Shown: one piece after another, positions 9,323 through 18,296 of the stretch | How the letters are laid out: each line of letters begins with the position of its first letter | Numbering within the stretch: the first letter of the stretch is position 1 | Assembly: GCA_016188785.1 (NCBI GenBank) | Contig: JACPHD010000017.1 | Span: 1 to 57,715, forward strand | DNA from: Parcubacteria group bacterium | Lineage (GTDB): Bacteria > Patescibacteriota > Patescibacteriia > Patescibacteriales > GWC2-42-12 | DNA length: 57,715 bases | Direction: 5' to 3' | Position numbers and translations under genes: made by a program | Notes under the pieces: model-generated | What the model was told of the DNA's origin: nothing | The model's input: the letters and a program-made list of their open reading frames with translations, nothing else | Database searches by the model: none

Positions 9323-10096
9323 ATGAAATTTATCATAGGTAAAAAATTAGAGATGACGCAGGTCTGGCAGGGTGAAAAAGTAACGCCCGTAACTCGGGTT
9401 CAGGCTGGCCCTTGCCCAGTCGTGCAGGTGAAAACTGCGGCCAGTAAAGACGGCTACGGCGCGGTTCAGCTTGGCTATGGCCAGAGAAAAGAAAAAAATA
9501 TTAAAAGGCCGCAGTTAGGGCATCTTAAGAAAATTTCCAATTTCCAACCCGTCCGAATGGACATTCGTCCGGGCGGATTTCCAATTTCCAAAAATTATAA
9601 TTTAAGATATTTAAGAGAATTCAGATGTAATACTGATAATTTAAAAGCTGGAGATGTTATTGATGTAAATACTTTTGAGATCGGTGACAGCGTGAAAGTT
9701 ACCGGCACCTCAAAAGGCAAAGGTTTTCAGGGTAGCGTTAAGCGCCATGGTTTTCACGGACACAACACCACGCACGGCACTAAGGATCAGGTAAGAACTT
9801 CTGGCTCAATCGGCGCCGGCGGCATTCAGCATGTTTTAAAAGGCATGAGAATGCCCGGACGGATGGGCAATGCCAAGGCGACCGTCAGTAATTTAAAAAT
9901 TGTTCAAGTTGATCAAGAAAATAATATTTTATATATTAGCGGCGCTGTGCCGGGCGCGAGAAATAGTTTAGTTTTAATTTCCGGAGAAGGAGAGCTGAAG
10001 ATTGTTCAGCCAGTAGTTGAAGAAATAAAACAAGAAGCTAAAGCTACGGAAACTACGACCGAGGCGAAAGCTGAAGTAGTGGAAGAGAAAAAATAA
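9323..10096 (+). CDS. rplC: 50S ribosomal protein L3 with a repeat-derived insertion
   Basis: IIGKKLEMTQ, DGYGAVQLG, GTSKGKGFQG; ATG 9323 chosen. Confidence 0.98.
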   Translation: MKFIIGKKLEMTQVWQGEKVTPVTRVQAGPCPVVQVKTAASKDGYGAVQLGYGQRKEKNIKRPQLGHLKKISNFQPVRMDIRPGGFPISKNYNLRYLREFRCNTDNLKAGDVIDVNTFEIGDSVKVTGTSKGKGFQGSVKRHGFHGHNTTHGTKDQVRTSGSIGAGGIQHVLKGMRMPGRMGNAKATVSNLKIVQVDQENNILYISGAVPGARNSLVLISGEGELKIVQPVVEEIKQEAKATETTTEAKAEVVEEKK

Positions 10097-10111
10097 AAAT
10101 TCATTTTTGGC

Positions 10112-10133
10112 TGTCATTCCGGTCTTGAGCCGG
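10112..10133. repeat. truncated REP-like half element fused to rplD
   Basis: TGTCATTCCGGTCTTGAGCCGG matches the left end of the 10793-10875 element. Confidence 0.75.
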
Positions 10134-10758
10134 CGGTGAAGCAACCGGAGAAATAGAACTTTCGCCTAAAGTTTTTGGCGTGAAAGTTAATGAAGCCCTA
10201 GTGCATCAGGCCGTTATAACCCAGCTGGCTAATGAAAGAAAAGTTATTGCCCATACTAAAGACCGAAGCGAAGTCAGAGGCGGCGGCCGAAAGCCCTGGC
10301 GGCAAAAAGGCACCGGCCGGGCGCGGCATGGGTCAAGCCGATCGCCGATTTGGATCGGCGGCGGCGTAACTTTCGGCCCGAGAAACGAGCGTAATTTTAA
10401 AAAGAGGCTTAACAAAAAAATGAAACAAAACGCCATATTGATGGCGCTGTCCGATAAGGCGGCTAATGAAAATTTAGTGATTTTAGATAAGTTAGAAATG
10501 GCGGAGTTTAAAACTAAAATTTTTAATGGCATAATCAGCAATCAAGAAAATAAGAAAATAATAAAAGCTGAAAGCCAAAAACGCAGTATTTTGGTGATGG
10601 TTGATCGGGCGGATGAAAAAATAAAATATTCAGCCAAAAATTTACCGGGCGTAGAGCTGATAAATCTGGATAATATAAATTTAGTTGATTTGTTAAAATA
10701 TAAGAATCTAGTAATAACTAAGGGTGTGGTGGAAAAGATAGAAGAAAGATATAAATAG
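10132..10758 (+). CDS. rplD: 50S ribosomal protein L4, 5' end apparently missing
   Basis: EVRGGGRKPWRQKGTGRARHG motif; L4-like GEATGEIELSPKVFG reads in frame upstream of GTG 10180 but is closed by TGA 10126. Confidence 0.93.
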   Translation, partial: GGEATGEIELSPKVFGVKVNEALVHQAVITQLANERKVIAHTKDRSEVRGGGRKPWRQKGTGRARHGSSRSPIWIGGGVTFGPRNERNFKKRLNKKMKQNAILMALSDKAANENLVILDKLEMAEFKTKIFNGIISNQENKKIIKAESQKRSILVMVDRADEKIKYSAKNLPGVELINLDNINLVDLLKYKNLVITKGVVEKIEERYK

Positions 10759-10768
10759 AATTTTTTAT

Positions 10769-10875
10769 GTTATTGCGAGCGACTGTCTTTTTTTGTCATT
10801 CCGGCCTTGAGCCGGAATCCAGAGTTCAGCGCTCTGGACAAGTTTCTGGATTGCGGGTCAAGCCCGCAATGACAA
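10769..10875. repeat. REP-like GTCATTCC...GCAATGAC element with a remnant of the GTCATTGCGAG family
   Basis: TTGTCATTCCGGCCTTGAGCCGGAATCCAG ... CTGGATTGCGGGTCAAGCCCGCAATGACAA. Confidence 0.9.
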
Positions 10876-10891
10876 TATAATATTATAAATT

Positions 10892-11338
10892 ATGGGTTTA
10901 TTTAATAAAAAAACTGAAGATAAGAAAAAGATAACTGCTAAAGCTGATACGGCTGAAAAACAAGAAGTTAAAAGCATGAAAGATTTATATGGCGCGGCTG
11001 AAACCGGAAAAACCCCGGACGCGGTTAAGCCTGGCGAGAAAAAATCGTTTCGCGGCCAGGCTTATAAAGTAATTATGAAACCTATGGTCACGGAAAAAGT
11101 AAGCGGTTTAGGCGCTTTGAATAAATATGTTTTTGCCATAGCTAAAAATACCAATAAAATTGAAATAGCCAAAGCCATTAAAGAAATTTACGGCCTTAAG
11201 CCGGTTAGTGTCAACGTAATCAGAATGAGCGGTAAAAAGGCGCGTTACGGCCGGATTAGCGGCCGCAGAAAAGACTGGAAAAAGGCGATTATAACCTTGC
11301 CTCAAGGCCAAACCATTAAGATTTACGAAGGCGTGTAA
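10892..11338 (+). CDS. rplW: 50S ribosomal protein L23 with N-terminal extension
   Basis: PMVTEK, KYVF, WKKAIITL; ~55 extra Lys/Glu-rich N-terminal residues. Confidence 0.97.
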   Translation: MGLFNKKTEDKKKITAKADTAEKQEVKSMKDLYGAAETGKTPDAVKPGEKKSFRGQAYKVIMKPMVTEKVSGLGALNKYVFAIAKNTNKIEIAKAIKEIYGLKPVSVNVIRMSGKKARYGRISGRRKDWKKAIITLPQGQTIKIYEGV

Positions 11339-11419
11339 ACAATTAACAATTGAAAATTACGAATTACGATTAAATTATTTTAAAATTTGTAATTGATAAT
11401 TGATAATTCGTAATTGATT
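11339..11419. repeat. heptamer hairpin
   Basis: CAATTAA/GAATTAC arm vs. AATTGAT/AATTCGT arm. Confidence 0.8.
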
Positions 11420-11423
11420 AAAT

Positions 11424-12225
11424 ATGGGAATAAAAAAAGTAAAACCAACCTCACCAGGCAGAAGATCGGCCACTTTTGATGATTTTTCCGATATCACTAA
11501 AACCGAACCGGAAAAGAGTTTGATCGTCATAAGAAAAGGCCAGGCCGGTAGAAATAACCAAGGCAAGATCACGGTAAGGCATCAGGGCGGCGGCGTCAAA
11601 AGATATATTCGCCAGCTAGATTTTAAGCGGGATAAATTTGATATACCGGGTAAAATTATGTCGATTGAATATGATCCTAACCGCGGCGCCCGCATTGGTT
11701 TGGTAAATTATAAAGACGGGGCAAAAAGGTATATTATCATGCCCATAGGCCTTAAGGTTGGCGATGAAATATTAAGTTCAAAAAATCAAATTGAAATAAA
11801 AACCGGCAATGCCATGCCGATTAAGTTTATTTTACCCGGCATCGGCGTTAATAGCCTAGAATTAGAACCGGGCAGAGGCGCTAAAATCGCCCGTGGCGCC
11901 GGCAATTTGGTTTTTGTTATGGGCGCTTTAGGCAATTACGCGCAAATTAAGCTGCCTTCAGGAGAAATTAGATTAGTCCATAAAGAGTGCCTCTGCACGG
12001 TCGGCCAGGTTAGCAACCCGGACCGCCGGCATATTACCATCGGCCGAGCCGGACGGCAGAGATTATTAGGATCCGGTTGATCATCCGCATGGCGGCGGCG
12101 AAGGTAAACAGTCTATCGGTTTAAAGCAGCCAAAAACTAAATGGGGTAAGCCGGCTTTAGGCGTTAAAACCAGAAAAAATAAAAAAAGATCAAATAGATT
12201 AATTATTCAAAGAAGAAAAAAATAA
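11424..12225 (+). CDS. rplB: 50S ribosomal protein L2, frameshifted by an apparent ~30-nt deletion near 12070
   Basis: IEYDPNR motif in the first frame; the C-terminus [11 protein letters not shown]...RRKK* continues in another frame at 12073-12225. Confidence 0.95.
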
Positions 12226-12229
12226 ATAA

Positions 12230-12307
12230 ATCAATTATCAATTTGCAATTACGAATTACGAATTTGTTGAATTAAATTTGTAATTGATAATTGGTAATTC
12301 GTAATTT
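12230..12307. repeat. heptamer hairpin
   Basis: TCAATTATCAATTTGCAATTACGAATT ... AATTTGTAATTGATAATTGGTAATTCGTAATT. Confidence 0.8.
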
Positions 12308-12315
12308 AATCTTAT

Positions 12316-12624
12316 ATGTCCAGATCACTTAAAAAAGGACCATACATCAACGAAAGATTATTAAAGAAGATAAAGGCTTTGCGCCCTGGCGACAAGACCA
12401 TAATTAAAGTTTGGGACCGGGCTTGTACGATTACGCCGGAGATGGTAGGCTTTACCATTGGCGTGCATAACGGTAAACAGCATCTACCGGTGTTAATCGT
12501 AGAAAATATGGTCGGACATAAGTTAGGAGAATTTTCGCCCACCAGAAAGTTTACGAGTCATGGCGGTAAAATGGCCAAAGATCAGGCTAAAGCCGCGGCG
12601 CCGGCCGCTCAAGCAAGAAAATAA
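12316..12624 (+). CDS. rpsS: 30S ribosomal protein S19
   Basis: [20 protein letters not shown]. Confidence 0.99.
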   Translation: MSRSLKKGPYINERLLKKIKALRPGDKTIIKVWDRACTITPEMVGFTIGVHNGKQHLPVLIVENMVGHKLGEFSPTRKFTSHGGKMAKDQAKAAAPAAQARK

Positions 12625-12634
12625 ATTAAAAAAT

Positions 12635-12755
12635 ATACGAATTACGAATTTGTTACAAATTTACAAATAAAATGCAATTTAATGCGAATGATGTGAATAC
12701 CGCGATAATACGAATTATAATATTCGTAAATTCGTAAAGGATTCGTAATTCGTAT
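12635..12755. repeat. empty TACGAAT inverted repeat (GxxExxY-flank family)
   Basis: ATACGAATTACGAATTTGTTACAAATTTACAAATA ... TATTCGTAAATTCGTAAAGGATTCGTAATTCGTAT. Confidence 0.9.
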
Positions 12756-12762
12756 AGCATGT

Positions 12763-13350
12763 ATGGAAGTTAAAGCCAAAGCAAAATTTATCAGGATGTC
12801 TCCGACTAAAATACGGCTGGTGACCAATCTGATTAAGAAAATGCCGGTTGCGGAAGCTCTGAATCAGCTGCGATTTATCAATAAGCTGGCCAGCGGCCCG
12901 GTCGCTAAGCTGATTAAATCAGCCATCGCTAACGCCGAGCATAATTTTGAATTGGCCAAAGATAATTTATTCATAAAAGAATTGACGGTTGATCAGGGGC
13001 CGACTTTAAAACGTTCAATGCCTCGGGCGCACGGCCGGGCCACGCCGATTAGAAAAAAAACCAGCCATATTAATTTAATTTTAGGTGAAATTAAGGCCTC
13101 GGCCGCGGTTAAAGCCAAAAAGCAAGCCATTGCCGCGCCCATAAAATTAGAGACTCAGCCTAAAAAAGAAGCGGAGGTTAAATTAAAGACCGCGGCTGAA
13201 GCGGAAATCGCCGAACCTAAAACTGAAGGCATTAAAGAAAAAGGCCAGGCTATAATTGATCCGAGAATGCAAGGGCGAAGAGGACATACTAAAATAGAAG
13301 GCGGCGCTAAAGGTTTTGCCGCCAGAATGTTCAGGCGAAAAAGCGGCTAA
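12763..13350 (+). CDS. rplV: 50S ribosomal protein L22 with C-terminal extension
   Basis: IRMSPTKIRLV, SAIANA, PRAHGRA; ~80-aa tail. Confidence 0.98.
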   Translation: MEVKAKAKFIRMSPTKIRLVTNLIKKMPVAEALNQLRFINKLASGPVAKLIKSAIANAEHNFELAKDNLFIKELTVDQGPTLKRSMPRAHGRATPIRKKTSHINLILGEIKASAAVKAKKQAIAAPIKLETQPKKEAEVKLKTAAEAEIAEPKTEGIKEKGQAIIDPRMQGRRGHTKIEGGAKGFAARMFRRKSG

Positions 13351-13394
13351 CTTATAAATCGTAAATCGAAAATTTTAAATCTAAAATTACCAGC

Positions 13395-14081
13395 ATGGGG
13401 CATAAAGTAAATCCAAAAGTTATCAGACTGAATATTACCAGGACTTGGCCGTCCAAGTGGTTTAGCACGGGAAAAAATATGATTAAAAGCCTGGAGCAGG
13501 ACGTTGGCGTGAGAAAATTTTTATTTGACCAATTGCGCGAGGCCGGCTTGGACCGGGTGGAAATAGAAAGAAGCGGCCATAAAATCACCATCGGAATATT
13601 TACGGCCAAGCCCGGGATTATCATCGGCCGCGGCGGCAGCAGCGCCGGAGATTTAAAGAAAAAATTGCATGATAAATTTTTAAAGAATTTTAGATTAGCC
13701 GATATAAATTTAAATATTACGGAATTTGACCGGCCGAATTTAAGCAGTATGATTATCGCTCAAGCTATGGCGATTGATATTGAAAAGAGAATGCCGTTTC
13801 GCCGAGTTATGAAACAGGCCATAAATAAAGTGGAGCGGGCCGGCGCCTTGGGCGTAAAAGTTGTGATAAGCGGCCGGCTTAACGGCTCGGAAATCGCCCG
13901 CACGGAAATGCTTACTTCCGGCAAAGTCCCGTTGCACACTTTAAGAGCTGATATTGATTTTGCCAAGGCCACGGCTAAAACCACCTACGGCGCTATTGGC
14001 ATAAAATTTTGGATATATAAAGGCGAGGTGTTTAAAAAGGTAGAAGCCGCTAAAGGCGAAATTGTGGGGGAGAAAAAATAA
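13395..14081 (+). CDS. rpsC: 30S ribosomal protein S3
   Basis: [27 protein letters not shown]. Confidence 0.99.
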   Translation: MGHKVNPKVIRLNITRTWPSKWFSTGKNMIKSLEQDVGVRKFLFDQLREAGLDRVEIERSGHKITIGIFTAKPGIIIGRGGSSAGDLKKKLHDKFLKNFRLADINLNITEFDRPNLSSMIIAQAMAIDIEKRMPFRRVMKQAINKVERAGALGVKVVISGRLNGSEIARTEMLTSGKVPLHTLRADIDFAKATAKTTYGAIGIKFWIYKGEVFKKVEAAKGEIVGEKK

Positions 14082-14082
14082 T

Positions 14083-14490
14083 ATGCTGATGCCAAAAAAA
14101 ACAAAATGGAGAAAAACGCATAAGCGTCGCCGGGGCGGAAAAGCCAGCCGCATGATTAAGGTAAGCTTTGGCGATTATGGCTTAAAGAGTTTAGAAGCCT
14201 GCTGGGTTTCTTCAAGACAGATTGAAGCGGCCAGAAAAGTTTTAACTAAATATATTAAAAAGGGCGGAAAGATTTGGATTAGAATTTTTCCGGATAAATC
14301 GGTAACGGCTAAGGGCGGAGAAATTCCCATGGGCAAGGGCAAGGGCGCGGTTGATCATTATGTGGCCGTAATTAAGCCCGGCATGGTAATGTTTGAACTG
14401 GCCGGTATTAGCGAAGTTGAAGCTAAAGAAGCTATGAAAATGGCCGCCTATAAACTGCCGGTTAAATGTAAATATGTAACTAAAATATAA
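14083..14490 (+). CDS. rplP: 50S ribosomal protein L16
   Basis: MLMPKKTK start (ATG 14083), [14 protein letters not shown]. Confidence 0.98.
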   Translation: MLMPKKTKWRKTHKRRRGGKASRMIKVSFGDYGLKSLEACWVSSRQIEAARKVLTKYIKKGGKIWIRIFPDKSVTAKGGEIPMGKGKGAVDHYVAVIKPGMVMFELAGISEVEAKEAMKMAAYKLPVKCKYVTKI

Positions 14491-14491
14491 T

Positions 14492-14695
14492 ATGGAGCTT
14501 AACGAATTAAAAAGTAAAACCGAAAAAGAATTAAGGCAGTTTTTAGACGAGTCGCGCGACCGATTAAGGAGTTTGCGTTTTAAAGACGCCAACAAGCAAT
14601 TAAAGAATGTCAGGGAGATTAGGGTGATTAAGAAATTAATCGCGCGAGTTTTAACCTTATTAAAAAGTAATCAAGGCGGCGATATGGTAAAATAG
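14492..14695 (+). CDS. rpmC: 50S ribosomal protein L29
   Basis: operon position; IARVLT motif. Confidence 0.95.
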   Translation: MELNELKSKTEKELRQFLDESRDRLRSLRFKDANKQLKNVREIRVIKKLIARVLTLLKSNQGGDMVK

Positions 14696-14800
14696 TAAAA
14701 TTTTCAATTTTAAAGTTTGAATTTTGAATCAATTTTGAATTTTTAATGAATTAAACATTCAAAATTAATTATTCAATCAAAATTCTAAATTAAAAATTAA
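14696..14800. repeat. heptamer hairpin (AATTTTG / CAAAATT type)
   Basis: 7-nt periodic T-rich arm followed by a complementary A-rich arm. Confidence 0.65.
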
Positions 14801-14807
14801 TCATTAT

Positions 14808-15077
14808 ATGGCAGATAATAAGATTAAACAAAATGCTGATAATAAAAAAACCATTAAACGTAAATTTAGCGGTATAGTGGCGAGCGACAAAATGAACAAA
14901 ACCAGAGTCGTTTCGGTTGAATCGGTTAAAGTTCACCCCAGGTACAAAAAAAGATACACGGTTAGCAAGAAATATAAAGTGCATGATGAAAAAAATTTAT
15001 ATAAAACCGGCGACAAGGTTCGCTTTGTAGAATGCCGTCCGTTAAGCAAGGATAAAAGATGGCGCATGATATATTAA
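14808..15077 (+). CDS. rpsQ: 30S ribosomal protein S17
   Basis: SDKMNKT, HPRYKK, CRPLSKDKRW. Confidence 0.99.
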   Translation: MADNKIKQNADNKKTIKRKFSGIVASDKMNKTRVVSVESVKVHPRYKKRYTVSKKYKVHDEKNLYKTGDKVRFVECRPLSKDKRWRMIY

Positions 15078-15080
15078 TCT

Positions 15081-15452
15081 ATGATACAAGTACAGACAAA
15101 ATTAAAAGTCGCGGATAATAGCGGTGCCAAAACCGTTATGTGCATCAGGGTGCTGGGCGGCTATAAAAAACGTTATGCCCGGGTCGGAGAAATAATCACC
15201 GCCGCGGTCAAAGAGGCCGTGCCCCACGCCGCCATTAAAAAAGGCGATGTGGTGCATGCCGTCATAGTCAGGACAAAAAAAGAAACCAGGCGTTCGGATG
15301 GTGTTTATGTTCGTTTTGACGAAAACGCCTGCGTGATTATAGATAAAGAGAAAAAAGAGCCGAAAGGCACAAGAATTTTCGGCCCGGTGGCCCGAGAATT
15401 AAAACAGCTTGGCTTTTTAAAAATTGCCTCGCTGGCGCCGGAAGTGCTGTAG
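15081..15452 (+). CDS. rplN: 50S ribosomal protein L14
   Basis: [25 protein letters not shown]. Confidence 0.99.
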   Translation: MIQVQTKLKVADNSGAKTVMCIRVLGGYKKRYARVGEIITAAVKEAVPHAAIKKGDVVHAVIVRTKKETRRSDGVYVRFDENACVIIDKEKKEPKGTRIFGPVARELKQLGFLKIASLAPEVL

Positions 15453-15494
15453 AAATCGCGAAATTCGCATAAATTAGTTTAAATTAGTAATTAC

Positions 15495-15827
15495 ATGAAA
15501 ATAAAAAAAGGCGACGAAGTTAAAATATTAGCCGGCAAAGACAAGGGTAAAACCGGTAAAGTTTTGCAGGTTTTTCCATCGGCCAATCGGGCCAGTATTG
15601 AAGGCTTAAATCTTTTAATTAAGCATATGCGGCCGAGAAAGCAGGGAGAAACCGGGCAAAGAATAGAATTTCCGGCGCCGCTGAATTTATCAAATGTTAT
15701 TTTAGTCTGCCTGCAATGCGGCCAGCCGACCCGAGTCGCTTATAAATATTTAGAAATCGCGAAAAATGACGTTAAGCGGAAAAAGAAAGTCAGAGTTTGC
15801 AAAAAATGTAAGCAAACGATAGAATAA
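15495..15827 (+). CDS. rplX: 50S ribosomal protein L24
   Basis: KOW motif KIKKGDEVKILAGKDKGKTG; two CxxC pairs. Confidence 0.98.
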   Translation: MKIKKGDEVKILAGKDKGKTGKVLQVFPSANRASIEGLNLLIKHMRPRKQGETGQRIEFPAPLNLSNVILVCLQCGQPTRVAYKYLEIAKNDVKRKKKVRVCKKCKQTIE

Positions 15828-15833
15828 TTTATT

Positions 15834-16373
15834 ATGACTTTAAAAGAAAAATATAAAAAAGAAATAGCGCCAAAAATGGCTGATAAGTTCGCTTATAAGA
15901 ATTTGCTGGCCGTGCCCAAGCTTACCAAGGTGGTAATTAATTCCGGCGTGGGCCGCAACGCCAAAGATAAGAATTTTATAGACGGCGTCATCAGCAGTTT
16001 AGAAAGAATCAGCGGGCAAAAACCTATTACCACTAAAGCCAAGCAGTCAATTTCCGCTTTTAAAACCAGAAAAGGCATGATTATCGGCGTGGCTGTAACT
16101 TTGCGCGGCCAAAGGATGTTTGATTTTACGGAAAAATTAATTAATATAACTTTCCCGAGAATCCGGGATTTTAGAGGTTTAAATCCCAAGCAAGTGGATA
16201 AGCTCGGCAATTTAGCCGTGGGTTTTAAAGAGCATATTGCTTTTCCTGAGATTAAAGCTGACGAGGTTGACAATATCCATGGCCTGCAAGTCTGTCTGGC
16301 TACGACTGCTAAAACTTATGAGCAAGGTTTGGCCTTATTTAAATTAATGGGTTTTCCTTTTAAAACGGAATAA
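15834..16373 (+). CDS. rplE: 50S ribosomal protein L5
   Basis: SGQKP, VTLRG, PRIRDFRG. Confidence 0.99.
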   Translation: MTLKEKYKKEIAPKMADKFAYKNLLAVPKLTKVVINSGVGRNAKDKNFIDGVISSLERISGQKPITTKAKQSISAFKTRKGMIIGVAVTLRGQRMFDFTEKLINITFPRIRDFRGLNPKQVDKLGNLAVGFKEHIAFPEIKADEVDNIHGLQVCLATTAKTYEQGLALFKLMGFPFKTE

Positions 16374-16379
16374 TATTTT

Positions 16380-16565
16380 ATGGCTAGAACAGCTTTAATC
16401 GTAAAATCAAAAAAGAAACCAAAGTATTCCACTAGAATCGTCAGGCGCTGTTGGCGTTGCGGCCGCAATCACGGCTTTATGAGAGATTTTGGTCTTTGCC
16501 GCATTTGTTTTAGGGAACTAGCGTCTAACACTGACATACCGGGAGTGACTAAATCAAGCTGGTAA
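16380..16565 (+). CDS. rpsN: 30S ribosomal protein S14, Zn-binding type
   Basis: RCWRCGR...LCRICFRE; 61 aa. Confidence 0.98.
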   Translation: MARTALIVKSKKKPKYSTRIVRRCWRCGRNHGFMRDFGLCRICFRELASNTDIPGVTKSSW

Positions 16566-16646
16566 TCAATTATCAATTAACAATTACGAATTAATAAAAT
16601 GCCAAATGAATAAAATTCGTAATTGATAATTCGTAATTGTAAATTA
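16565..16646. repeat. heptamer hairpin
   Basis: CAATTATCAATTAACAATTACGAATT ... AATTCGTAATTGATAATTCGTAATTG. Confidence 0.85.
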
Positions 16647-16653
16647 AATAAAT

Positions 16654-17064
16654 ATGACTGATCCAATCGCGGACATGCTCACTAGAATAAGAAACGCTCA
16701 AGCCGTAAATATACAGACGGTTGTTTTGCCGATGAGCAAAATTAAGCACGGCATCGCTAAAATATTGGCGGCCGGCGGCTGGGTTCGTGAGGTTAAAATT
16801 ATTAAAACTAAAAGCGACAAAAATTCAAGCTCGGTCTTTAATGAAATTAAAATTGATTTAAAATATAAAAACGGTCGGCCGGTCATTACTTCTTTAAAAA
16901 GAATCAGCACGCCGGGCTTGCGGGTTTATGCCAATAAAAATGAATTGCCCAGAGTTTTAAATAATTTAGGCATCGCGATTATTTCCACGCCGCGCGGTCT
17001 AATGACTAATAAAGAAGCTAAAAAACAGGGCATTGGCGGGGAAGTGATTTGCGAAATTTACTAA
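16654..17064 (+). CDS. rpsH: 30S ribosomal protein S8
   Basis: MTDPIADMLTRIRNA, STPGLRVY, GGEVICEIY. Confidence 0.99.
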   Translation: MTDPIADMLTRIRNAQAVNIQTVVLPMSKIKHGIAKILAAGGWVREVKIIKTKSDKNSSSVFNEIKIDLKYKNGRPVITSLKRISTPGLRVYANKNELPRVLNNLGIAIISTPRGLMTNKEAKKQGIGGEVICEIY

Positions 17065-17065
17065 A

Positions 17066-17145
17066 TCAATTTACAATTATCAATTACGAATTACGAATTA
17101 AACAAAAATAAAATTTGTAATTGATAATTCGTAATTGTAAATTGA
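17066..17145. repeat. heptamer hairpin
   Basis: TCAATTTACAATTATCAATTACGAATT ... GTAATTGATAATTCGTAATTGTAAATTGA. Confidence 0.85.
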
Positions 17146-17152
17146 ATATATT

Positions 17153-17701
17153 ATGTCCAGACTAGGAAAATTGCCAATTGAATTGCCGGCCGGAACTAGG
17201 GCTTTGCTTGAGCGAGGTTTTATGATTGTTAAAGGGCCTAAAGGCGAGCTTAAAACCAAAATGCATGAAATCATTAAAACAGAAATAACCGACCAAGAAA
17301 TTAAATTGTCTATTGCTGATCAGACTAGTGGCAAAAATAAGGCTTTATGGGGGCTGTTTAGAAGTCTGATTAAAAACATGGTAGTCGGAGTTAATGAGAC
17401 CTATACCAAAAAACTGGAAATTAACGGCGTTGGTTATAAAGCGGCGGTTAACGGCGCTAAATTAACTCTGAATGTGGGCTACTCCCATCCGGTAATTTAT
17501 GAATTGCCGGCCGGCATCAAGGCTGAAGTCCAGGCCAATATTATTACTATCAACGGCATTGATAAACAGCTGGTCGGAGAAGTATCGGCGCAAATCCGAA
17601 AGATTAGAAAACCTGAACCTTATAAAGGCAAAGGCATTAAATATAGCGATGAAATATTAAGGCGCAAGGCCGGCAAAACCGCGGGCAAGGCCGAAAAGTA
17701 A
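17153..17701 (+). CDS. rplF: 50S ribosomal protein L6
   Basis: MSRLGKLPI, KGPKGEL, PEPYKGKGI. Confidence 0.99.
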   Translation: MSRLGKLPIELPAGTRALLERGFMIVKGPKGELKTKMHEIIKTEITDQEIKLSIADQTSGKNKALWGLFRSLIKNMVVGVNETYTKKLEINGVGYKAAVNGAKLTLNVGYSHPVIYELPAGIKAEVQANIITINGIDKQLVGEVSAQIRKIRKPEPYKGKGIKYSDEILRRKAGKTAGKAEK

Positions 17702-17707
17702 ACATGT

Positions 17708-17810
17708 ATGCTTGTGCTAAATTTATAAAATTTTCTACTGCGGAACTCGCCTGCCTGCGGCAGTCTCAAACAGTCCTCGCACGAAAATTTTACAAATTTA
17801 GCACAAGCAT
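17708..17810. repeat. MITE-like element with 28-bp inverted repeats
   Basis: arms 17708-17735 and 17783-17810 are 27/28 complementary; GC-rich core. Confidence 0.8.
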
Positions 17811-17827
17811 TAGCATATAAATACTAT

Positions 17828-18238
17828 ATGGACGCAAATAAAATTAAACAAAATAAGAAATTTAGGCGCAAAGGCCGGGTCAGGGCGAAAGTTAGCGGTA
17901 CGGCCGCTTGCCCAAGATTAAGTGTTTTTAGGTCTAACCGGGGAATTTACGCCCAAATTATAAATGATGAAATCGGCCGGACACTAGCGGCGGTTGACGC
18001 TGGAGAAGTTAACCCCGTTAAATCCGGCTCCGCCGGTCCCGATAGTAATCGGGAATTTAACGGGGTTAAGGCCAAGAGTAAAAAAATTGCTATGAGTCTG
18101 GAACTGGGCAAAATAATCGCGGCTAAAGCCAGGGCTCAAGGCATTAGCCGGGTGGTGTTTGATCGCAACGGTTATAAATATCATGGCCGGGTCAAGGCTT
18201 TGGCCGAAGGCGCTCGCGCCCAAGGCTTAAAATTTTAA
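17828..18238 (+). CDS. rplR: 50S ribosomal protein L18 with an in-frame palindromic insertion
   Basis: PRLSVFRSN, VVFDRNGYKYHGRVKALAE. Confidence 0.98.
   Translation: MDANKIKQNKKFRRKGRVRAKVSGTAACPRLSVFRSNRGIYAQIINDEIGRTLAAVDAGEVNPVKSGSAGPDSNREFNGVKAKSKKIAMSLELGKIIAAKARAQGISRVVFDRNGYKYHGRVKALAEGARAQGLKF
18009..18069. mobile_element. CCCCG...CGGGG miniature element inside rplR, TTAA duplication
   Basis: TTAA|CCCCGTTAAAT...ATTTAACGGGG|TTAA; 53+4 = 57 nt, in frame. Confidence 0.8.
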
Positions 18239-18296
18239 ATTACTAATTTGAGCAAATAATCCGCCGGCTGGCGGAGCGAATTTAGCGAATAATAAT

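Noticed and set aside
12061-12090. Programmed frameshift or intron in rplB
   Set aside because: About 10 conserved codons are missing, nothing is inserted, and there is no slippery site
652-17145. Periodic intergenic repeats as a CRISPR array
   Set aside because: Units are 7-10 nt in inverted arms with no unique spacers, and no cas genes are present
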